Assembly: GCF_042660085.1 (NCBI RefSeq)
Contig: NZ_JBHSTI010000008.1
Span: forward strand, 150,001-182,000
Reading direction: 5' to 3'
DNA: 32,000 nucleotides
DNA from: Longivirga aurantiaca
GTDB lineage: Bacteria > Actinomycetota > Actinomycetes > S36-B12 > CAIYMF01
Below the pieces are notes generated by a model. That model searched no databases. It saw only the letters and a program-made list of their open reading frames with translations, and was not told the origin of the DNA. This document shows positions 7,496 to 19,318 of this stretch, piece by piece. How positions within the stretch are numbered: the first letter of the stretch is position 1; each line of letters opens with the position of its first letter. The translations under genes were made by a program, and so were the position numbers.

Positions 7496-8214
7496 CCGAG
7501 TCCCACGACGACACCGCGGGCATCGTCCCGGTCGTGCCGGCCGGCGTCCCGACCCTCCCCGTCGTCGACGTCCGCACCGGCCTCTTCGGCGGCTCGGGCA
7601 CCGGCGACACCTCCGGCTTCGGCGGCCTCGTCCGCACCATCGAGTTCCCGCCCCCGAGCCCGCGCCCGTTCGGCGGCTGGTACGACGAGGTCGCGGACGA
7701 GCTCGACCTCGCGCTCCAGGAGGACGGCCTGTCGTTCGACGCCGCGGTCCTCGCGACGGTGGTGTCGAACGGCGAGATCACGTTCCACGTGCGCGCCGAG
7801 CACCTGCTCGCGTTCGTCCAGCGTCTGCGCGACGAGTCCGCGCTGCGCTTCGAGATGTGCCTCGGCGTCTCCGGCGTCCACTACCCGCACATGACGGGCG
7901 CGGAGTTCCACGCCGTGTGGCACTTCCAGTCGGTCACGTTCAACCGCCGTATCCGCGTCGAGGTCTCGGCCCCGGCCGAGCACCCGCACGTGCCCAGCAT
8001 CGTGTCGGTCTACCCGGCCGACGACTGGCACGAGCGCGAGGCGTTCGACATGTTCGGCATCGTCTTCGACGGCCACCCCGGTCTCACCCGCATCCTCATG
8101 CCGGACGACTGGTACGGCTTCCCCCAGCGCAAGGACTACCCGCTCGGCGGGATCCCGGTGGAGTACAAGGGCGCCTCCATCCCGCCGCCCGACACGCGGA
8201 GGTCGTACACCTGA
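7492..8214 (+). CDS. nuoC: NADH-quinone oxidoreductase subunit C
   Basis: The GTG at 7492 overlaps the nuoB stop (GTGA). The product contains [31 protein letters not shown]...RKDYPLGG, the 30-kDa subunit signature. It is in frame with the 3' part of track ORF 7024..8214. Confidence 0.95.
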   Translation: MTESHDDTAGIVPVVPAGVPTLPVVDVRTGLFGGSGTGDTSGFGGLVRTIEFPPPSPRPFGGWYDEVADELDLALQEDGLSFDAAVLATVVSNGEITFHVRAEHLLAFVQRLRDESALRFEMCLGVSGVHYPHMTGAEFHAVWHFQSVTFNRRIRVEVSAPAEHPHVPSIVSVYPADDWHEREAFDMFGIVFDGHPGLTRILMPDDWYGFPQRKDYPLGGIPVEYKGASIPPPDTRRSYT

Positions 8215-9587
8215 TGGCCGACGTCACCTACGAGTCCGCGTACGACGACATCCTCGGCGAGACCGAGGGTCCCGAGGCGGGCAGCTACGACACCACCGAG
8301 GGACGCGTCTACACCGTCACCGGCGGCGACTGGGACGAGGTCCTGGCGCCCGAGTCCGGCGTCAAGGAGCGCGTCGTCGTCAACATGGGCCCCCAGCACC
8401 CGTCGACGCACGGCGTGCTGCGCCTCATCCTCGAGATGGAGGGGGAGGTCATCACCGAGGCCCGCTGCGGCATCGGCTACCTCCACACCGGCATCGAGAA
8501 GAACCTCGAGTACCGCACCTGGGTGCAGGCCGTGCCCTACGTGACGCGCATGGACTACCTCGCGCCGATCGCCAACGAGGCCGGCTACTGCCTCGCGGTC
8601 GAGAAGCTGCTCGGCATCGTCGACAAGGTGCCCGAGCGCGCGCAGCTCATGCGCGTCATCACCCTCGAGCTCAACCGCATGGGGTCGCACCTCGTCGCGC
8701 TCGCCACGGGCGGCTTCGAGATGGGCGCGCTCACCGCGATGACCAACGGGTTCCGCGACCGCGAGCTCACCCTCGACCTGCTCGAGATGATCACCGGCCT
8801 GCGCATGAACCACGCGTACATCCGCCCCGGCGGCGTCGCGCAGGACATGCCCGAGGGGGGCGTCCGCGACATCCGCGCGGCGATGGACAAGCTCGACCGC
8901 CAGCTCGACGGCGTGCCGCAGCTGCTGGTGAACAACAGCGTCTGGATGGACCGCACGTCCGGCATCGGGGTGCTCGACCTCGCCGGCTGCATGGCTCTCG
9001 GGATCACCGGCCCGGTGCTGCGCTCGACCGGTCTTCCGTACGACATCCGCAAGAGCGAGCCGTACTTCGGCTACGAGCAGTTCGACTTCGAGGTTCCGAC
9101 CGAGACCACGAACGACGTCTACGGCCGCTTCCTGATCCGTCTGCGCGAGCTCGACGAGTCCAAGAGGATCATCCGCCAGGCCTGCGACCTCCTCGAGAAG
9201 ACGCCCGGCCCGGTGATGATCGAGGACAAGAAGATCGGCTGGCCCTCTCAGCTCTCCATCGGCGGAGACGGCATGGGCAACTCCCTCGAGCACATCCGCC
9301 ACATCATGGGCGAGTCGATGGAGGCGCTGATCCACCACTTCAAGCTGGTCACCGAGGGCTTCCACGTCCCGGCGGGCCAGGCGTTCTCGCTCATCGAGGC
9401 GCCGCGGGGCGTCCTCGGGGTGCACGTGGTCAGCGACGGCAGCAACCGTCCGTACCGCGTGCACTTCCGCGACCCGTCGTTCAACAACCTGCAGGCGACG
9501 GCGGCGATGTGCGAGGGCGGCCAGGTGGCGGACGTGATCGGTGCGGTGGCGTCGATCGACCCCGTCATGGGCGGTGTGGACAGGTGA
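8214..9587 (+). CDS. nuoD: NADH-quinone oxidoreductase subunit D
   Basis: The ATG at 8214 shares its A with the nuoC stop TGA. The product contains [36 protein letters not shown] and [10 protein letters not shown]..., the 49-kDa subunit signature. Confidence 0.97.
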   Translation: MADVTYESAYDDILGETEGPEAGSYDTTEGRVYTVTGGDWDEVLAPESGVKERVVVNMGPQHPSTHGVLRLILEMEGEVITEARCGIGYLHTGIEKNLEYRTWVQAVPYVTRMDYLAPIANEAGYCLAVEKLLGIVDKVPERAQLMRVITLELNRMGSHLVALATGGFEMGALTAMTNGFRDRELTLDLLEMITGLRMNHAYIRPGGVAQDMPEGGVRDIRAAMDKLDRQLDGVPQLLVNNSVWMDRTSGIGVLDLAGCMALGITGPVLRSTGLPYDIRKSEPYFGYEQFDFEVPTETTNDVYGRFLIRLRELDESKRIIRQACDLLEKTPGPVMIEDKKIGWPSQLSIGGDGMGNSLEHIRHIMGESMEALIHHFKLVTEGFHVPAGQAFSLIEAPRGVLGVHVVSDGSNRPYRVHFRDPSFNNLQATAAMCEGGQVADVIGAVASIDPVMGGVDR

Positions 9588-9724
9588 GGCGAGGAACGAG
9601 CCGAACGGCTCCGCAGCGAGGGGCCGGTGTGGACAGGTGAGGCGAGGAACGAGCCGAACGGCTCCGCACCGAGGGGCCGGTGTGGACAGGTGAGGCGAGG
9701 AACGAGCCGAACGGCTCCGCACCG
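9573..9724. repeat. 53-bp direct tandem repeat, about 2.9 copies, spanning the nuoD stop and the nuoD-nuoE spacer
   Basis: Copies lie at 9573-9625, 9626-9678 and 9679-9724. The unit is GGTGTGGACAGGTGAGGCGAGGAACGAGCCGAACGGCTCCGCA(G/C)CGAGGGGCC. Copy 1 and copy 2 differ at one base. Copy 3 is identical to copy 2 over 46 nt and then diverges. Confidence 0.95.
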
Positions 9725-9745
9725 GGATGCCAGGGTCGACCGCTG

Positions 9746-10474
9746 ATGAAGGCGACGGGGGCACGGACAACGACGGACGAGGCGAGAGAGACGACAGTGG
9801 ACGCAGGACTGACGGAGCAGACCCGCGCCGATGCGGTCGAGCTCGCGGGGCGCTACCCCGAGAGCCGCTCGGCGCTGCTGCCGATGCTGCACCTCGTGCA
9901 GTCGGCCGAGGGTCGGGTCACGCCCGCAGGCATCGCGCTGTGCGCGGAGGTCCTCGACCTCACCACCGCCGAGGTGGCCGCCGTCGCGACGTTCTACACG
10001 ATGTACAAGCGGCACAAGGTGGGTCGCTACCACGTGGGCGTGTGCACCAACACGCTGTGCGCCGTGCTCGGCGGAGACGCGATCTGGACGGCGCTGTCCG
10101 AGCGTCTCGGCGTCGGCCACGACGAGGTCACCGCCGACGGCACGATCTCGCTCGAGAGGATCGAGTGCCAGGCTGCCTGCACGCACGCCCCTGTGATGAC
10201 GGCCAACTGGGAGTTCCTCGACGACATGGACGTCCCGCGCGCCCTCGAGGTCGTCGAGAGGCTCAAGGCCGGCGAGGAGGTCTTCTCCACCCGCGGACCG
10301 CGCATCGGGACGTTCGAGGAGATCGAGCGCACGCTCGCGGGCTTCGAGGACGGCCTGGTCGCCGAGGGCCGCACCGATGCCCGGATGACCGCGGGCCTGG
10401 AGTACGCCAAGGCCAACGGCATGGCCGCCCCGGCCGGGCCCGCCACCTCGCCGCTCGTGAAGACGGAGGGCTGA
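9746..10474 (+). CDS. nuoE: NADH-quinone oxidoreductase subunit E (2Fe-2S)
   Basis: Contains [30 protein letters not shown] and [11 protein letters not shown], the NuoE Cys pattern. The start is uncertain. ATG at 9746 is given. GTG at 9797 ([10 protein letters not shown]...) is equally plausible. GTG at 9680 lies inside the repeat and is rejected. Confidence 0.88.
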   Translation: MKATGARTTTDEARETTVDAGLTEQTRADAVELAGRYPESRSALLPMLHLVQSAEGRVTPAGIALCAEVLDLTTAEVAAVATFYTMYKRHKVGRYHVGVCTNTLCAVLGGDAIWTALSERLGVGHDEVTADGTISLERIECQAACTHAPVMTANWEFLDDMDVPRALEVVERLKAGEEVFSTRGPRIGTFEEIERTLAGFEDGLVAEGRTDARMTAGLEYAKANGMAAPAGPATSPLVKTEG

Positions 10475-10477
10475 GAC

Positions 10478-11782
10478 GTGCCGCTGACCCCGATCCTCAC
10501 CGCCCACTGGGACGAGGCCGACTCGCACACCCTCGAGGGCTACCGCCGCCACGGCGGCTACGACATGGTCCCCGTGACCTTCGGCGCCCACCCCGACGAG
10601 ATCATCGCCCTCGTCAAGGAGTCGGGCCTTCGCGGCCGCGGCGGTGCGGGCTTCCCCACCGGCATGAAGTGGGGCTTCGTCCCGCAGAACGACGGCAAGC
10701 CGCACTACCTCGTGATCAACGCCGACGAGTCCGAGCCGGGTGCCTGCAAGGACATCCCGCTCATGATGGCCAACCCGCACTCCCTCGTGGAGGGCTGCAT
10801 CCACGCGTCGTACGCGATCCGCGCCAACTACGCGTTCATCTACATCCGCGGCGAGGTGCCGCACGTGATCCGCCGCGTCACCGCCGCCGTGCGCGAGGCG
10901 TACGCCGCCGGGTTCCTCGGCAAGGACATCCTCGGATCGGGCTTCGACCTCGACATCGTCGTCCACTCGGGCGCGGGCGCCTACATCTGCGGCGAGGAGA
11001 CCGCGCTCCTCGACTCGCTCGAGGGCCGCCGCGGCCAGCCGCGCCTGAAGCCGCCGTTCCCCGCGGTGGCCGGCCTGTACGCCGCGCCCACGGTCATCAA
11101 CAACGCCGAGACGATCGCCAACATCCCCACGATCGTGCGCAACGGCGCCGAGTGGTTCAAGCAGTTCGGCACCGAGAAGTCGCCGGGCTTCAAGCTGTTC
11201 GCGGTGTCGGGCCACGTCCAGCGCCCGGGCATCTACGAGGCGCCGCTCGGCACCACGATGCGCGAGCTGCTCGAGTACGCCGGCGGCATGCGCGAGGGCC
11301 ACGAGCTGAAGTTCTGGATCCCTGGCGGCTCGTCCGTGCCGATGCTGCTCCCCGAGCACCTCGACACCCCGCTGACCTACGAGGACATGGCGGGCCTCGG
11401 CACGATGCTCGGCACGGGCACCCCGATGGTCTTCGACGAGACCACGAGCGTCGTGCGGGCGATCAGCCGCTGGATCCACTTCTACAAGCACGAGTCGTGC
11501 GGCAAGTGCACGCCGTGCCGCGAGGGCACGTTCTGGCTCGACCAGATGCTCGTGCGCTTCGAGAACGGCACCGCGGCGGAGGTCGACATCGACACCGTCG
11601 ACGACATCTGCAAGCAGATCTCGGGCCGTTCGTTCTGCGCTCTCGGGGATGCGGCCGCGACGCCGTACGCCCCGGCGCTCAAGTACTTCCGCGAGGAGTT
11701 CCTCGCGGGGACCCACACCCCGGCCGACCAGCTCTTCGATCCGGTCGCCGCCACCGTCTTCGCCGGAGCTGCAGCGCGATGA
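10478..11782 (+). CDS. nuoF: NADH-quinone oxidoreductase subunit F (FMN/NADH-binding)
   Basis: Contains [42 protein letters not shown] and [12 protein letters not shown]. Confidence 0.97.
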   Translation: MPLTPILTAHWDEADSHTLEGYRRHGGYDMVPVTFGAHPDEIIALVKESGLRGRGGAGFPTGMKWGFVPQNDGKPHYLVINADESEPGACKDIPLMMANPHSLVEGCIHASYAIRANYAFIYIRGEVPHVIRRVTAAVREAYAAGFLGKDILGSGFDLDIVVHSGAGAYICGEETALLDSLEGRRGQPRLKPPFPAVAGLYAAPTVINNAETIANIPTIVRNGAEWFKQFGTEKSPGFKLFAVSGHVQRPGIYEAPLGTTMRELLEYAGGMREGHELKFWIPGGSSVPMLLPEHLDTPLTYEDMAGLGTMLGTGTPMVFDETTSVVRAISRWIHFYKHESCGKCTPCREGTFWLDQMLVRFENGTAAEVDIDTVDDICKQISGRSFCALGDAAATPYAPALKYFREEFLAGTHTPADQLFDPVAATVFAGAAAR

Positions 11783-14262
11783 CCGTCACCTCATCGGGGC
11801 CGAACGCTCCCGCCACCACGCCGACCGACGGTGTCACGATCACCGTCGACGGCATCGACGTCGTCGTGCCCAAGGGCACGCTCGTCATCCGCGCCGCCGA
11901 GCAGCTCGGCATCGCCGTGCCGCGCTTCTGCGACCACCCGCTGCTCGACCCGGTCGCGGCGTGCCGCATGTGCCTGGTCGAGATCGAGGGCCAGCCCAAG
12001 CCTCAGCCCGCGTGCGCCATGACGGCCACCGAGGGCATGAAGGTCAAGACCCAGGTCACGTCCGAGATCGCCGAGGAGGCGCAGCAGGGCGTGATGGAGT
12101 TCCTCCTCATCAACCACCCGCTCGACTGCCCCGTCTGCGACAAGGGCGGCGAGTGCCCGCTGCAGAACCAGGCCATGTCGGCCGGCCGCGGCGAGTCCCG
12201 CTTCGACGCCGTGAAGCGCACGTTCCCCAAGCCGATCAACGTCTCGGCGCAGATCCTGCTGGACCGCGAGCGCTGCGTCTCCTGCGCGCGCTGCACGCGC
12301 TTCGCCGAGCAGATCGCCGGCGACCCGTTCATCGACCTCCTCGAGCGCGGTGCCCAGCAGCAGGTCGGCATCTCCTCCGACCAGCCGTTCGACTCGTACT
12401 TCTCCGGCAACACCGTGCAGATCTGCCCCGTCGGTGCGCTCACGAGCGCGAAGTACCGCTTCCGCTCGCGCCCCTTCGACCTCGTCTCGACCCCGACCGT
12501 CTGCGAGCACTGCGCCTCGGGCTGCAGCCTGCGCACCGACGTGCGTCGCGAGACGATCATGCGCCGCCTGGCGTGGGACGAGCCCGCGGTGAACGAGGAG
12601 TGGAACTGCGACAAGGGCCGCTTCGCGTTCGGGCACCTGCAGGACGGCCGCATCGAGCACCCGCTCGTCCGTGAGGCCGACGGCATCCTCGTCACCGCGT
12701 CCTGGCCCGAGGCCATCACGATCGCCGCCGAGGGCCTGCGTGCCGCAGGTGCCGCGACGGCGGTGCTGCCCGGTGGCCGGCTCACCGTCGAGGACGCCTA
12801 CGCCTGGGCGAAGTTCGCCCGCGTCGCCCTCGGCACCGACGACATCGACTTCCGTGCGCGTCCGGCGTCCGCCGAGGAGTCCGCGTTCCTCGCCGCCGTG
12901 GTGGCCGGTCGTCCGACGGGTCCGACGTACGCCGACCTCGAGGCTGCTCCGGTCGTCGTGCTCGCCGGGCTCGACGCCGAGGACGAGTCTCCGATGGTCT
13001 TCCTGCGCCTGCGCAAGGCTGCGCGCACCCAGGGCGTGCAGGTCTTCTCGGTCGCCCCGTTCGCCTCGGCCGGTGTCACCAAGGCCAAGGGCAAGGTGCT
13101 CGCGACCGCGCCGGGCGCCGAGGCGGCCACGCTCGACTCGCTCGCCGACGAGGCAGGGCAGAGCGGCGACCTCGCTGCCGCTGCCGCACTGCTGCGCCAG
13201 CCGGGCGCCGTCGTCCTGGTGGGCGAGCGCCTCGCGCAGTCCGCAGGTGCGCTGTCCGCCGCCGCCCGGCTCGTCGCGGCCACCGGCGCCTCGCTCGGCT
13301 GGGTCCCGCGCCGTGCGGGCGAGCGCGGTGCGCTCGACGCCGGTGCCCTCACCGGCCTGCTGCCGGGTGGCCGTCCGCTCGCGAACGACACCGCGCGTGC
13401 CCAGGTGGCAGCGGTCTGGGGCGTCGACCCCGCATCGCTCCCCACCGAGACCGGCCGTTCGCTGGCCGAGGTCGTCGAGGCGGTCACCGCCGACCGCGAC
13501 GCCCTTTCTGCAGCCTCCGACCCGTCCGAGGTCGACCGCTCCGTGAAGGCGCTGCTGGTGGGCGGCGTCGAGGCCGCCGACCTCGCCGACCCCGCAGGCT
13601 TCCTCGCCGCCGTCGAGTCGGTGCCGTTCGTGGTGTCGCTCGAGCAGCGGCACTCGGAGGTCACCGCCCTCGCCGACGTCGTCCTCCCGGTCGGTACCGC
13701 CGCCGAGAAGGCAGGCACCTACCTCGACTGGGAGGGGCGTCCGCGCCAGTTCGCCCGCGTGTTCACCTCCTCGCTCGCGCTGTCCGACGCCCGCGTCCTC
13801 GCGATGCTCGCCGACGAGGCCGACATCGACTTCGGCCGCGGCGACGTCGCGGCGCTGCGCGCCGAGATCGCCGCGATCGGCGCCTGGGACGGCGAGCGCG
13901 CCGAGGCCCCGAGCGTGGCACCCGCCGCGACGCCCGAGGTGGGCGACGGCGAGGCCGTCCTCGCCACCTGGCGCCAGCTCCTCGACCACGGACTCCTGCA
14001 GGAGGGCGACCCCTACCTGCAGGCGACCGCGCGCACCGCGGTGGCACGCGTGTCGCAAGCGACGGCCGAGCGCGTCGGCGCCGTCGACGGGGGCGGGCTC
14101 ACGGTGTCGACCGACTCCGGCTCGCTCACCCTTCCCGTGGTGGTCACCGCGATGCCGGACGGCGTCGTCTGGCTCCCGGCCAACTCCGACGGGTCCACGC
14201 CGCGCGCCACCCTCGGCGCCGGCCATGGCGATGTCGTGCGCATCGCAGGAGGTGCGGCGTGA
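11779..14262 (+). CDS. nuoG: NADH-quinone oxidoreductase subunit G
   Basis: The ATG at 11779 overlaps the nuoF stop (ATGA). The product contains [49 protein letters not shown] and CPVGALT, followed by a molybdopterin-like domain. It corresponds to the 3' 827 codons of track ORF 9727..14262. Confidence 0.97.
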   Translation: MTVTSSGPNAPATTPTDGVTITVDGIDVVVPKGTLVIRAAEQLGIAVPRFCDHPLLDPVAACRMCLVEIEGQPKPQPACAMTATEGMKVKTQVTSEIAEEAQQGVMEFLLINHPLDCPVCDKGGECPLQNQAMSAGRGESRFDAVKRTFPKPINVSAQILLDRERCVSCARCTRFAEQIAGDPFIDLLERGAQQQVGISSDQPFDSYFSGNTVQICPVGALTSAKYRFRSRPFDLVSTPTVCEHCASGCSLRTDVRRETIMRRLAWDEPAVNEEWNCDKGRFAFGHLQDGRIEHPLVREADGILVTASWPEAITIAAEGLRAAGAATAVLPGGRLTVEDAYAWAKFARVALGTDDIDFRARPASAEESAFLAAVVAGRPTGPTYADLEAAPVVVLAGLDAEDESPMVFLRLRKAARTQGVQVFSVAPFASAGVTKAKGKVLATAPGAEAATLDSLADEAGQSGDLAAAAALLRQPGAVVLVGERLAQSAGALSAAARLVAATGASLGWVPRRAGERGALDAGALTGLLPGGRPLANDTARAQVAAVWGVDPASLPTETGRSLAEVVEAVTADRDALSAASDPSEVDRSVKALLVGGVEAADLADPAGFLAAVESVPFVVSLEQRHSEVTALADVVLPVGTAAEKAGTYLDWEGRPRQFARVFTSSLALSDARVLAMLADEADIDFGRGDVAALRAEIAAIGAWDGERAEAPSVAPAATPEVGDGEAVLATWRQLLDHGLLQEGDPYLQATARTAVARVSQATAERVGAVDGGGLTVSTDSGSLTLPVVVTAMPDGVVWLPANSDGSTPRATLGAGHGDVVRIAGGAA

Positions 14263-15638
14263 ACGCTCTGGCTGCGGCAGCGGGCGACCTGTCCATCTTC
14301 GGGCAGGACCCGTTCTGGCTCACCCTCATCAAGTGCCTGGTCGTCTTCCTCGCGCTGATCCTGCTCACGCTCTTCACGACGTGGTTCGAGCGCAAGGTCG
14401 TCGCGCGCATGCAGCAGCGCTCCGGCCCGAACCGCTGGGGCCCCTTCGGCCTTCTGACGCCGATCTACGACGGCATCAAGCTCGCCCTCAAGGAGGGCAT
14501 CACCCCGGCGAACTCCGACAAGCTCGTCTACCTGATCGCACCGGCGATCTCGGCCATCTCGGCGTTCCTGGTGTTCGCGGTGATCCCGGTCGGGCCGGTC
14601 GTGTCGATCTTCGGAGTCGAGACCCCGCTGCAGCTCACCGACTTCCCCGTGTCGGTGCTCTACGTCCTGGCGATCGCCTCGATCGGCATCTACGGCATCG
14701 TGCTCGCCGGTTGGTCGTCGGGCTCGACGTACTCCCTCCTCGGCGGCCTGCGCTCGAGCGCCCAGATGATCTCGTACGAGATCGCGATGGGCCTGTCGTT
14801 CGTGGCGGTGTTCCTCTACTCGAGCTCCGCGTCGACCTCGCAGATCGTGGCCAAGCAGGCCGAGACGTTCTCCCTCGGCGGCCTCGAGCTCAACAGCTGG
14901 TTCGCGCTGCTGCTGCCGGTGTCGTTCGTGATCTACCTGATCGCGATGGTGGGCGAGACCAACCGCGCTCCGTTCGACCTCCCCGAGGCCGAGGGCGAGC
15001 TCGTCGCCGGGTACTTCACCGAGTACTCCGGTCTGCGCTGGGCGTCGTTCTACCTCGCCGAGTACATCAACATGATCAACGTGTCGGCCGTGGCCACCAC
15101 GCTGTTCCTCGGCGGCTGGGCGATGCCCGCACCGATCTCCACCATCTGGCCCGGCGCCAACGAGGGCTGGTGGCCGGTCCTGTGGTTCGTCCTCAAGATC
15201 TACGCGATGCTCTTCGTGTTCGTCTGGCTCCGCGGCACGCTGCCGCGCCTGCGCTACGACCAGTTCATGAAGTTCGGCTGGCGCGTGCTGATCCCCGTGT
15301 CGATCGTGTGGATCCTGCTCGTGGCCTCGGTCCGCGCCCTCACGAACCAGTCCGACTTCGAGCTGCGTCCGTTCCTCCTCTGGGGCGGACTCATCCTCGC
15401 GGTGGTGGCGGTGTTCGCGTTCGTCCTCGACGTGCGAGGCGGCTCGAAGACGGACGACGACGCCGAGCCCGAACCGTTCGACCCGTTCGCGGGCGGTCAC
15501 CCCGTCCCGCCCCTGCCCGGTCAGGAGCTCATCGTGACCCGTCGCGCCAAGGCGACCGTCACCACAGCCGTCACCGCCCGGGACTCCACGTCCCAGGCTG
15601 ATGCCGGCACCGAGGGGGAGGAGAGCGCCCATGAGTGA
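14259..15638 (+). CDS. nuoH: NADH-quinone oxidoreductase subunit H
   Basis: GTGA overlap with nuoG. The product contains [23 protein letters not shown], a polytopic membrane profile, [21 protein letters not shown] and [12 protein letters not shown]. It has an acidic, Pro-rich C-terminal tail. Confidence 0.97.
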   Translation: MNALAAAAGDLSIFGQDPFWLTLIKCLVVFLALILLTLFTTWFERKVVARMQQRSGPNRWGPFGLLTPIYDGIKLALKEGITPANSDKLVYLIAPAISAISAFLVFAVIPVGPVVSIFGVETPLQLTDFPVSVLYVLAIASIGIYGIVLAGWSSGSTYSLLGGLRSSAQMISYEIAMGLSFVAVFLYSSSASTSQIVAKQAETFSLGGLELNSWFALLLPVSFVIYLIAMVGETNRAPFDLPEAEGELVAGYFTEYSGLRWASFYLAEYINMINVSAVATTLFLGGWAMPAPISTIWPGANEGWWPVLWFVLKIYAMLFVFVWLRGTLPRLRYDQFMKFGWRVLIPVSIVWILLVASVRALTNQSDFELRPFLLWGGLILAVVAVFAFVLDVRGGSKTDDDAEPEPFDPFAGGHPVPPLPGQELIVTRRAKATVTTAVTARDSTSQADAGTEGEESAHE

Positions 15639-16224
15639 CGAGCGCCGGTTCTTCCGCGGGTTCGGTGTGCCGTTCACCCAGATGTTCAAGCGGGTGGTCA
15701 CCGAGCAGTACCCGGACGTCAAGACGCCGGTCCGCCCGCGCTACCACGGCCGCCACCAGCTCAACCGTCATCCCGACGGCCTCGAGAAGTGCGTCGGCTG
15801 CGAGCTGTGCGCGTGGGCCTGCCCCGCGGACGCGATCTACGTCGAGGGCGCGGACAACACCGAGTCCGAGCGCTTCAGCCCCGGCGAGCGCTACGGCCGC
15901 GTCTACCAGATCAACTACCTGCGCTGCATCTTCTGCGGCCTGTGCATCGAGGCGTGCCCGACCCGCGCGCTCACGATGACCAACGAGTACGAGCTCGCCG
16001 ACGACAACCGCCAGGACCTCATCTACGAGAAGAAGGACCTGCTGGGCCCGCTCCTCCCCGGGATGGCGGCGCCGCCGCACGCGATGGTGCCGGGGACGAC
16101 CGAGACCGACTACTACCTCGGCAAGGTCACGGGTGCTGTCGCGGTGCAGATCGGCGAGGTCGAGGCCCGCCGCGCCGGCACCTGGACCGGTCCCGCGGCC
16201 GACGACGAAGAGGTGACCGCATGA
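15631..16224 (+). CDS. nuoI: NADH-quinone oxidoreductase subunit I (2x[4Fe-4S])
   Basis: The ATG at 15631 is preceded by GAGGGGGAGGAGAG and overlaps the end of nuoH by 8 nt. The product contains [12 protein letters not shown] and [12 protein letters not shown]. The longest-ORF start at 15601 is less likely. Confidence 0.95.
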   Translation: MSDERRFFRGFGVPFTQMFKRVVTEQYPDVKTPVRPRYHGRHQLNRHPDGLEKCVGCELCAWACPADAIYVEGADNTESERFSPGERYGRVYQINYLRCIFCGLCIEACPTRALTMTNEYELADDNRQDLIYEKKDLLGPLLPGMAAPPHAMVPGTTETDYYLGKVTGAVAVQIGEVEARRAGTWTGPAADDEEVTA

Positions 16225-17075
16225 CCTCGCTCCTCTCGGCCGTCGAGACCACCGGCAACACCGGCGAGCAGATCGTGTTCTGGATCTGCGCGTTCGTGGC
16301 TGTCGCCGGCGCGCTCGGCATGCTGCTGTCGAAGAAGGCGGTGCACAGCGCGCTGTCGATCGCCGCGACGATGATCAGCCTGGCCGTCCTCTACGTCGCT
16401 CTCGAGGGCCCGTTCCTCGGCATGGTGCAGATCATCGTCTACACCGGCGCCGTCATGATGCTGTTCCTCTTCGTGCTCATGATCGTCGGCGTCGACTCCA
16501 ACGACTCGCTCGTGGAGACGATCAAGGGTCAGCGCGCGGCTGCGGTGCTCTTCGCGCTGGGCTTCGCCGGCCTGCTCGTCACGGGCGTCGGCTCGGCCAT
16601 GGTCTCGGACGCGCAGGGCCTCGGCGTCGCCAACACGGTCGACGGCGGCAACGTCCAGGGCATCGCGCGGCTGATCTTCGGCCGCTACGTCCTCGCCTTC
16701 GAGGTCACCTCGGCGCTGCTCATCACCGCAGCCCTCGGCGCGATGGTGCTCGCCCACCGCGAGCGCGCCACGCCGCGCAAGACCCAGGCCGAGCTGGCGG
16801 CCGAGCGCGTGCGCTCCGGCCACGCCCAGAACCTCCCCGGCCCCGGCGTCTACGCCCGCCACAACGCGGTCGGCACCCCGGCGCTGCTGCCCGACGGCAC
16901 GCCCACCGACCGCTCGGTGCCCGAGCCGCTGCGCGGCGTGAGCGAGCGGGTCGGCGTCGACCACGCGGACACGCGCCGCGTCAACGCGCTCGCCCAGGGC
17001 GGCGCGGTCGGCGAGGACCCCGAGCACCCGCTCGGTGCCGAGGACATCGCCCACGAGGAAGGCGGTCACCGATGA
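16221..17075 (+). CDS. nuoJ: NADH-quinone oxidoreductase subunit J
   Basis: The ATG at 16221 overlaps the nuoI stop (ATGA). The product contains [30 protein letters not shown]...[19 protein letters not shown] and a long hydrophilic C-terminal extension. Confidence 0.95.
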   Translation: MTSLLSAVETTGNTGEQIVFWICAFVAVAGALGMLLSKKAVHSALSIAATMISLAVLYVALEGPFLGMVQIIVYTGAVMMLFLFVLMIVGVDSNDSLVETIKGQRAAAVLFALGFAGLLVTGVGSAMVSDAQGLGVANTVDGGNVQGIARLIFGRYVLAFEVTSALLITAALGAMVLAHRERATPRKTQAELAAERVRSGHAQNLPGPGVYARHNAVGTPALLPDGTPTDRSVPEPLRGVSERVGVDHADTRRVNALAQGGAVGEDPEHPLGAEDIAHEEGGHR

Positions 17076-17371
17076 ACCCGTCGAACTACCTCTACCTCTC
17101 GGCGATCCTGTTCAGCATCGGTGCGCTCGGCGTGCTGGTGCGACGCAACGCGATCGTGGTGTTCATGTGCGTCGAGCTCATGCTCAACGCGTCGAACCTC
17201 GCGTTCGTCTCGTTCGCCCGGGTCCACGGCAACCTCGACGGCCAGGTCATCGCGTTCTTCGTGATGGTGGTCGCGGCAGCCGAGGTCGTGATCGGTCTCG
17301 CGATCATCATGACGATCTTCCGTACCCGCCGGTCGGCCTCGGTCGACGAAGCCAACCTGCTGAAGTACTAA
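17072..17371 (+). CDS. nuoK: NADH-quinone oxidoreductase subunit K
   Basis: The 99-aa product contains [35 protein letters not shown]...[15 protein letters not shown] overlap with nuoJ. Confidence 0.97.
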   Translation: MNPSNYLYLSAILFSIGALGVLVRRNAIVVFMCVELMLNASNLAFVSFARVHGNLDGQVIAFFVMVVAAAEVVIGLAIIMTIFRTRRSASVDEANLLKY

Positions 17372-17384
17372 GGGGTCTGACGTC

Positions 17385-19316
17385 GTGTCACCGTTCTCGG
17401 GCGGGCTCGCCACCGTCGCCGAGGTCGCCACAGCGACCGAGGCGAGCGGGGTGTTCGCGCTGACCTGGCTGCTCGTCGGGCTGCCGTTGCTGGGAGCCGC
17501 CGTGCTCCTGCTCGGCGGTCGGCGCACCGACCGCTGGGGCCACTGGCTCGGCGTGCTCATGTCCGGCGGCTCGTTCGTCGTCGCCGTCCTCATCTTCTTC
17601 GGCATGCTCGGCCGGAGCCCGGAGGACCGCACGATCACCCAGCACCTCTTCGACTGGATCGCGGTCGGCACGTTCAACGTGCCGTTCGACCTGCGTGTCG
17701 ACCAGCTGTCGATGACCTTCGTGCTGCTGATCACCGGGGTCGGCACGTTGATCCACATCTACTCCGTCGGCTACATGAGCCACGACCACGACCGTCGTCG
17801 CTTCTTCGCCTACCTCAACCTGTTCGTCGCGTCGATGCTCCTGCTCGTCCTCGCGAACAACTACCTCCTCCTCTACGTCGGGTGGGAGGGCGTCGGTCTC
17901 GCGTCGTACCTGCTGATCGGCTTCTGGTTCTACAAGGACTCCGCGGCCGTCGCGTCGAAGAAGGCCTTCGTCGTCAACCGCGTCGGCGACGTCGGCCTGT
18001 CGCTCGCCGTGATGCTGATGTTCGTCACCTTCGGATCGGTCACGTTCGACGGCGTCCTCACCAACGCGGCGAGCGCGAGCGAGTCGCAGCTGACCTGGAT
18101 CGGCCTCGCCCTCCTGCTCGCGGCGTGCGGCAAGTCGGCGCAGTTCCCGCTGCAGTCGTGGCTGCTCGACGCGATGGAGGGCCCGACCCCGGTCTCGGCC
18201 CTCATCCACGCGGCGACGATGGTCACCGCCGGCGTCTACCTGATCGCGCGCTCGAACGCGATCTTCGACGCCGCCCCGACCGCGCAGACCGCCGTGGTGA
18301 TCATCGGTGCGATCACGCTCCTCATGGGTGCGGTGATCGGGTCGGCGAAGGACGACATCAAGAAGGCCCTCGCCGGATCGACGATGAGCCAGATCGGCTA
18401 CATGGTGCTGGCCGCGGGTCTCGGCCCGGTCGGCTACGTGTTCGCGATCTTCCACCTGCTCACGCACGGCTTCTTCAAGGCCACGATGTTCCTCGGTGCG
18501 GGCTCGGTCATGCACGGCATGAACGACAACGTGAACATGCGCAGGTACGGCGGGCTCCGTGCGGTCATGGTGGTCACCTGGATCACGTTCATGGCCGGCT
18601 ACCTCGCCATCCTCGGCATCCCGCCGTTCGCAGGCTTCTTCTCCAAGGACAAGATCATCGAGGCGGCGTTCTCCGCGAACACGCTCACGGGCCTGGTCAC
18701 GCTGCTCGGCGCGGGCATCACGGCGTTCTACATGACCCGCCTCGTGGCGATGACCTTCTTCGGGAAGGCCCGCTGGGAGGACGACGCGCACCCGCACGAG
18801 TCGCCCGGCATCATGACCGGCCCGATCGCGGTGCTGGCGTTCCTCTCGACCGTCGGCGGCTTCCTGCTCGCCTTCAACAACACGATCGAGCACTGGCTCG
18901 AGCCGGTGCTGCCGTTCGAGGAGCCCGTCCTCCCGGTGCCGATCGCGGTCCTCACGTTCGTGACGCTCGCCGTGGTGGTCGTCGGCGCCGTGCTCGGCTG
19001 GGTGCTCTACGCCCGCCGGTCCGTCCCGGTCGTGGCGCCCGCGGGCAACGTGCTGACACGCGCCGCCCGCGCCGACCTCTACGGCGACGCGTTCAACGAG
19101 GCGGTGTTCATGCGCCCGGGCCAGTACCTCACCCGGTGGCTGGTCTGGTTCGACAACCGCGTGGTCGACGGCGTCGTCAACGGCGTCGCGGCGACGATCG
19201 GCGGTCTCTCCGGCCGGTCGAGGCGCCTGCAGACGGGCTTCACGCGCTCGTACGCGCTGTCCATGCTCGGCGGTGCCGCTCTCGTGGTCTTCGCCCTCGT
19301 CCTGGTGAGGCTGTAG
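17385..19316 (+). CDS. nuoL: NADH-quinone oxidoreductase subunit L (antiporter-like)
   Basis: The 643-aa polytopic product contains [59 protein letters not shown] and a C-terminal lateral-helix region. Confidence 0.97.
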   Translation: MSPFSGGLATVAEVATATEASGVFALTWLLVGLPLLGAAVLLLGGRRTDRWGHWLGVLMSGGSFVVAVLIFFGMLGRSPEDRTITQHLFDWIAVGTFNVPFDLRVDQLSMTFVLLITGVGTLIHIYSVGYMSHDHDRRRFFAYLNLFVASMLLLVLANNYLLLYVGWEGVGLASYLLIGFWFYKDSAAVASKKAFVVNRVGDVGLSLAVMLMFVTFGSVTFDGVLTNAASASESQLTWIGLALLLAACGKSAQFPLQSWLLDAMEGPTPVSALIHAATMVTAGVYLIARSNAIFDAAPTAQTAVVIIGAITLLMGAVIGSAKDDIKKALAGSTMSQIGYMVLAAGLGPVGYVFAIFHLLTHGFFKATMFLGAGSVMHGMNDNVNMRRYGGLRAVMVVTWITFMAGYLAILGIPPFAGFFSKDKIIEAAFSANTLTGLVTLLGAGITAFYMTRLVAMTFFGKARWEDDAHPHESPGIMTGPIAVLAFLSTVGGFLLAFNNTIEHWLEPVLPFEEPVLPVPIAVLTFVTLAVVVVGAVLGWVLYARRSVPVVAPAGNVLTRAARADLYGDAFNEAVFMRPGQYLTRWLVWFDNRVVDGVVNGVAATIGGLSGRSRRLQTGFTRSYALSMLGGAALVVFALVLVRL

Positions 19317-19318
19317 CC

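Noticed and set aside
9573-9724. Possibility that the 53-bp repeats are a CRISPR array
   Set aside because: The copies are directly abutting with no spacers, and no cas genes are nearby. This is a simple tandem duplication.
9680-9745. GTG 9680 as the nuoE start (track ORF 9680..10474)
   Set aside because: It lies inside repeat copy 3, and the extra 22 residues ([22 protein letters not shown]) are repeat-derived. The equivalent GTGs in copies 1 and 2 fall in other frames because the period is 53.
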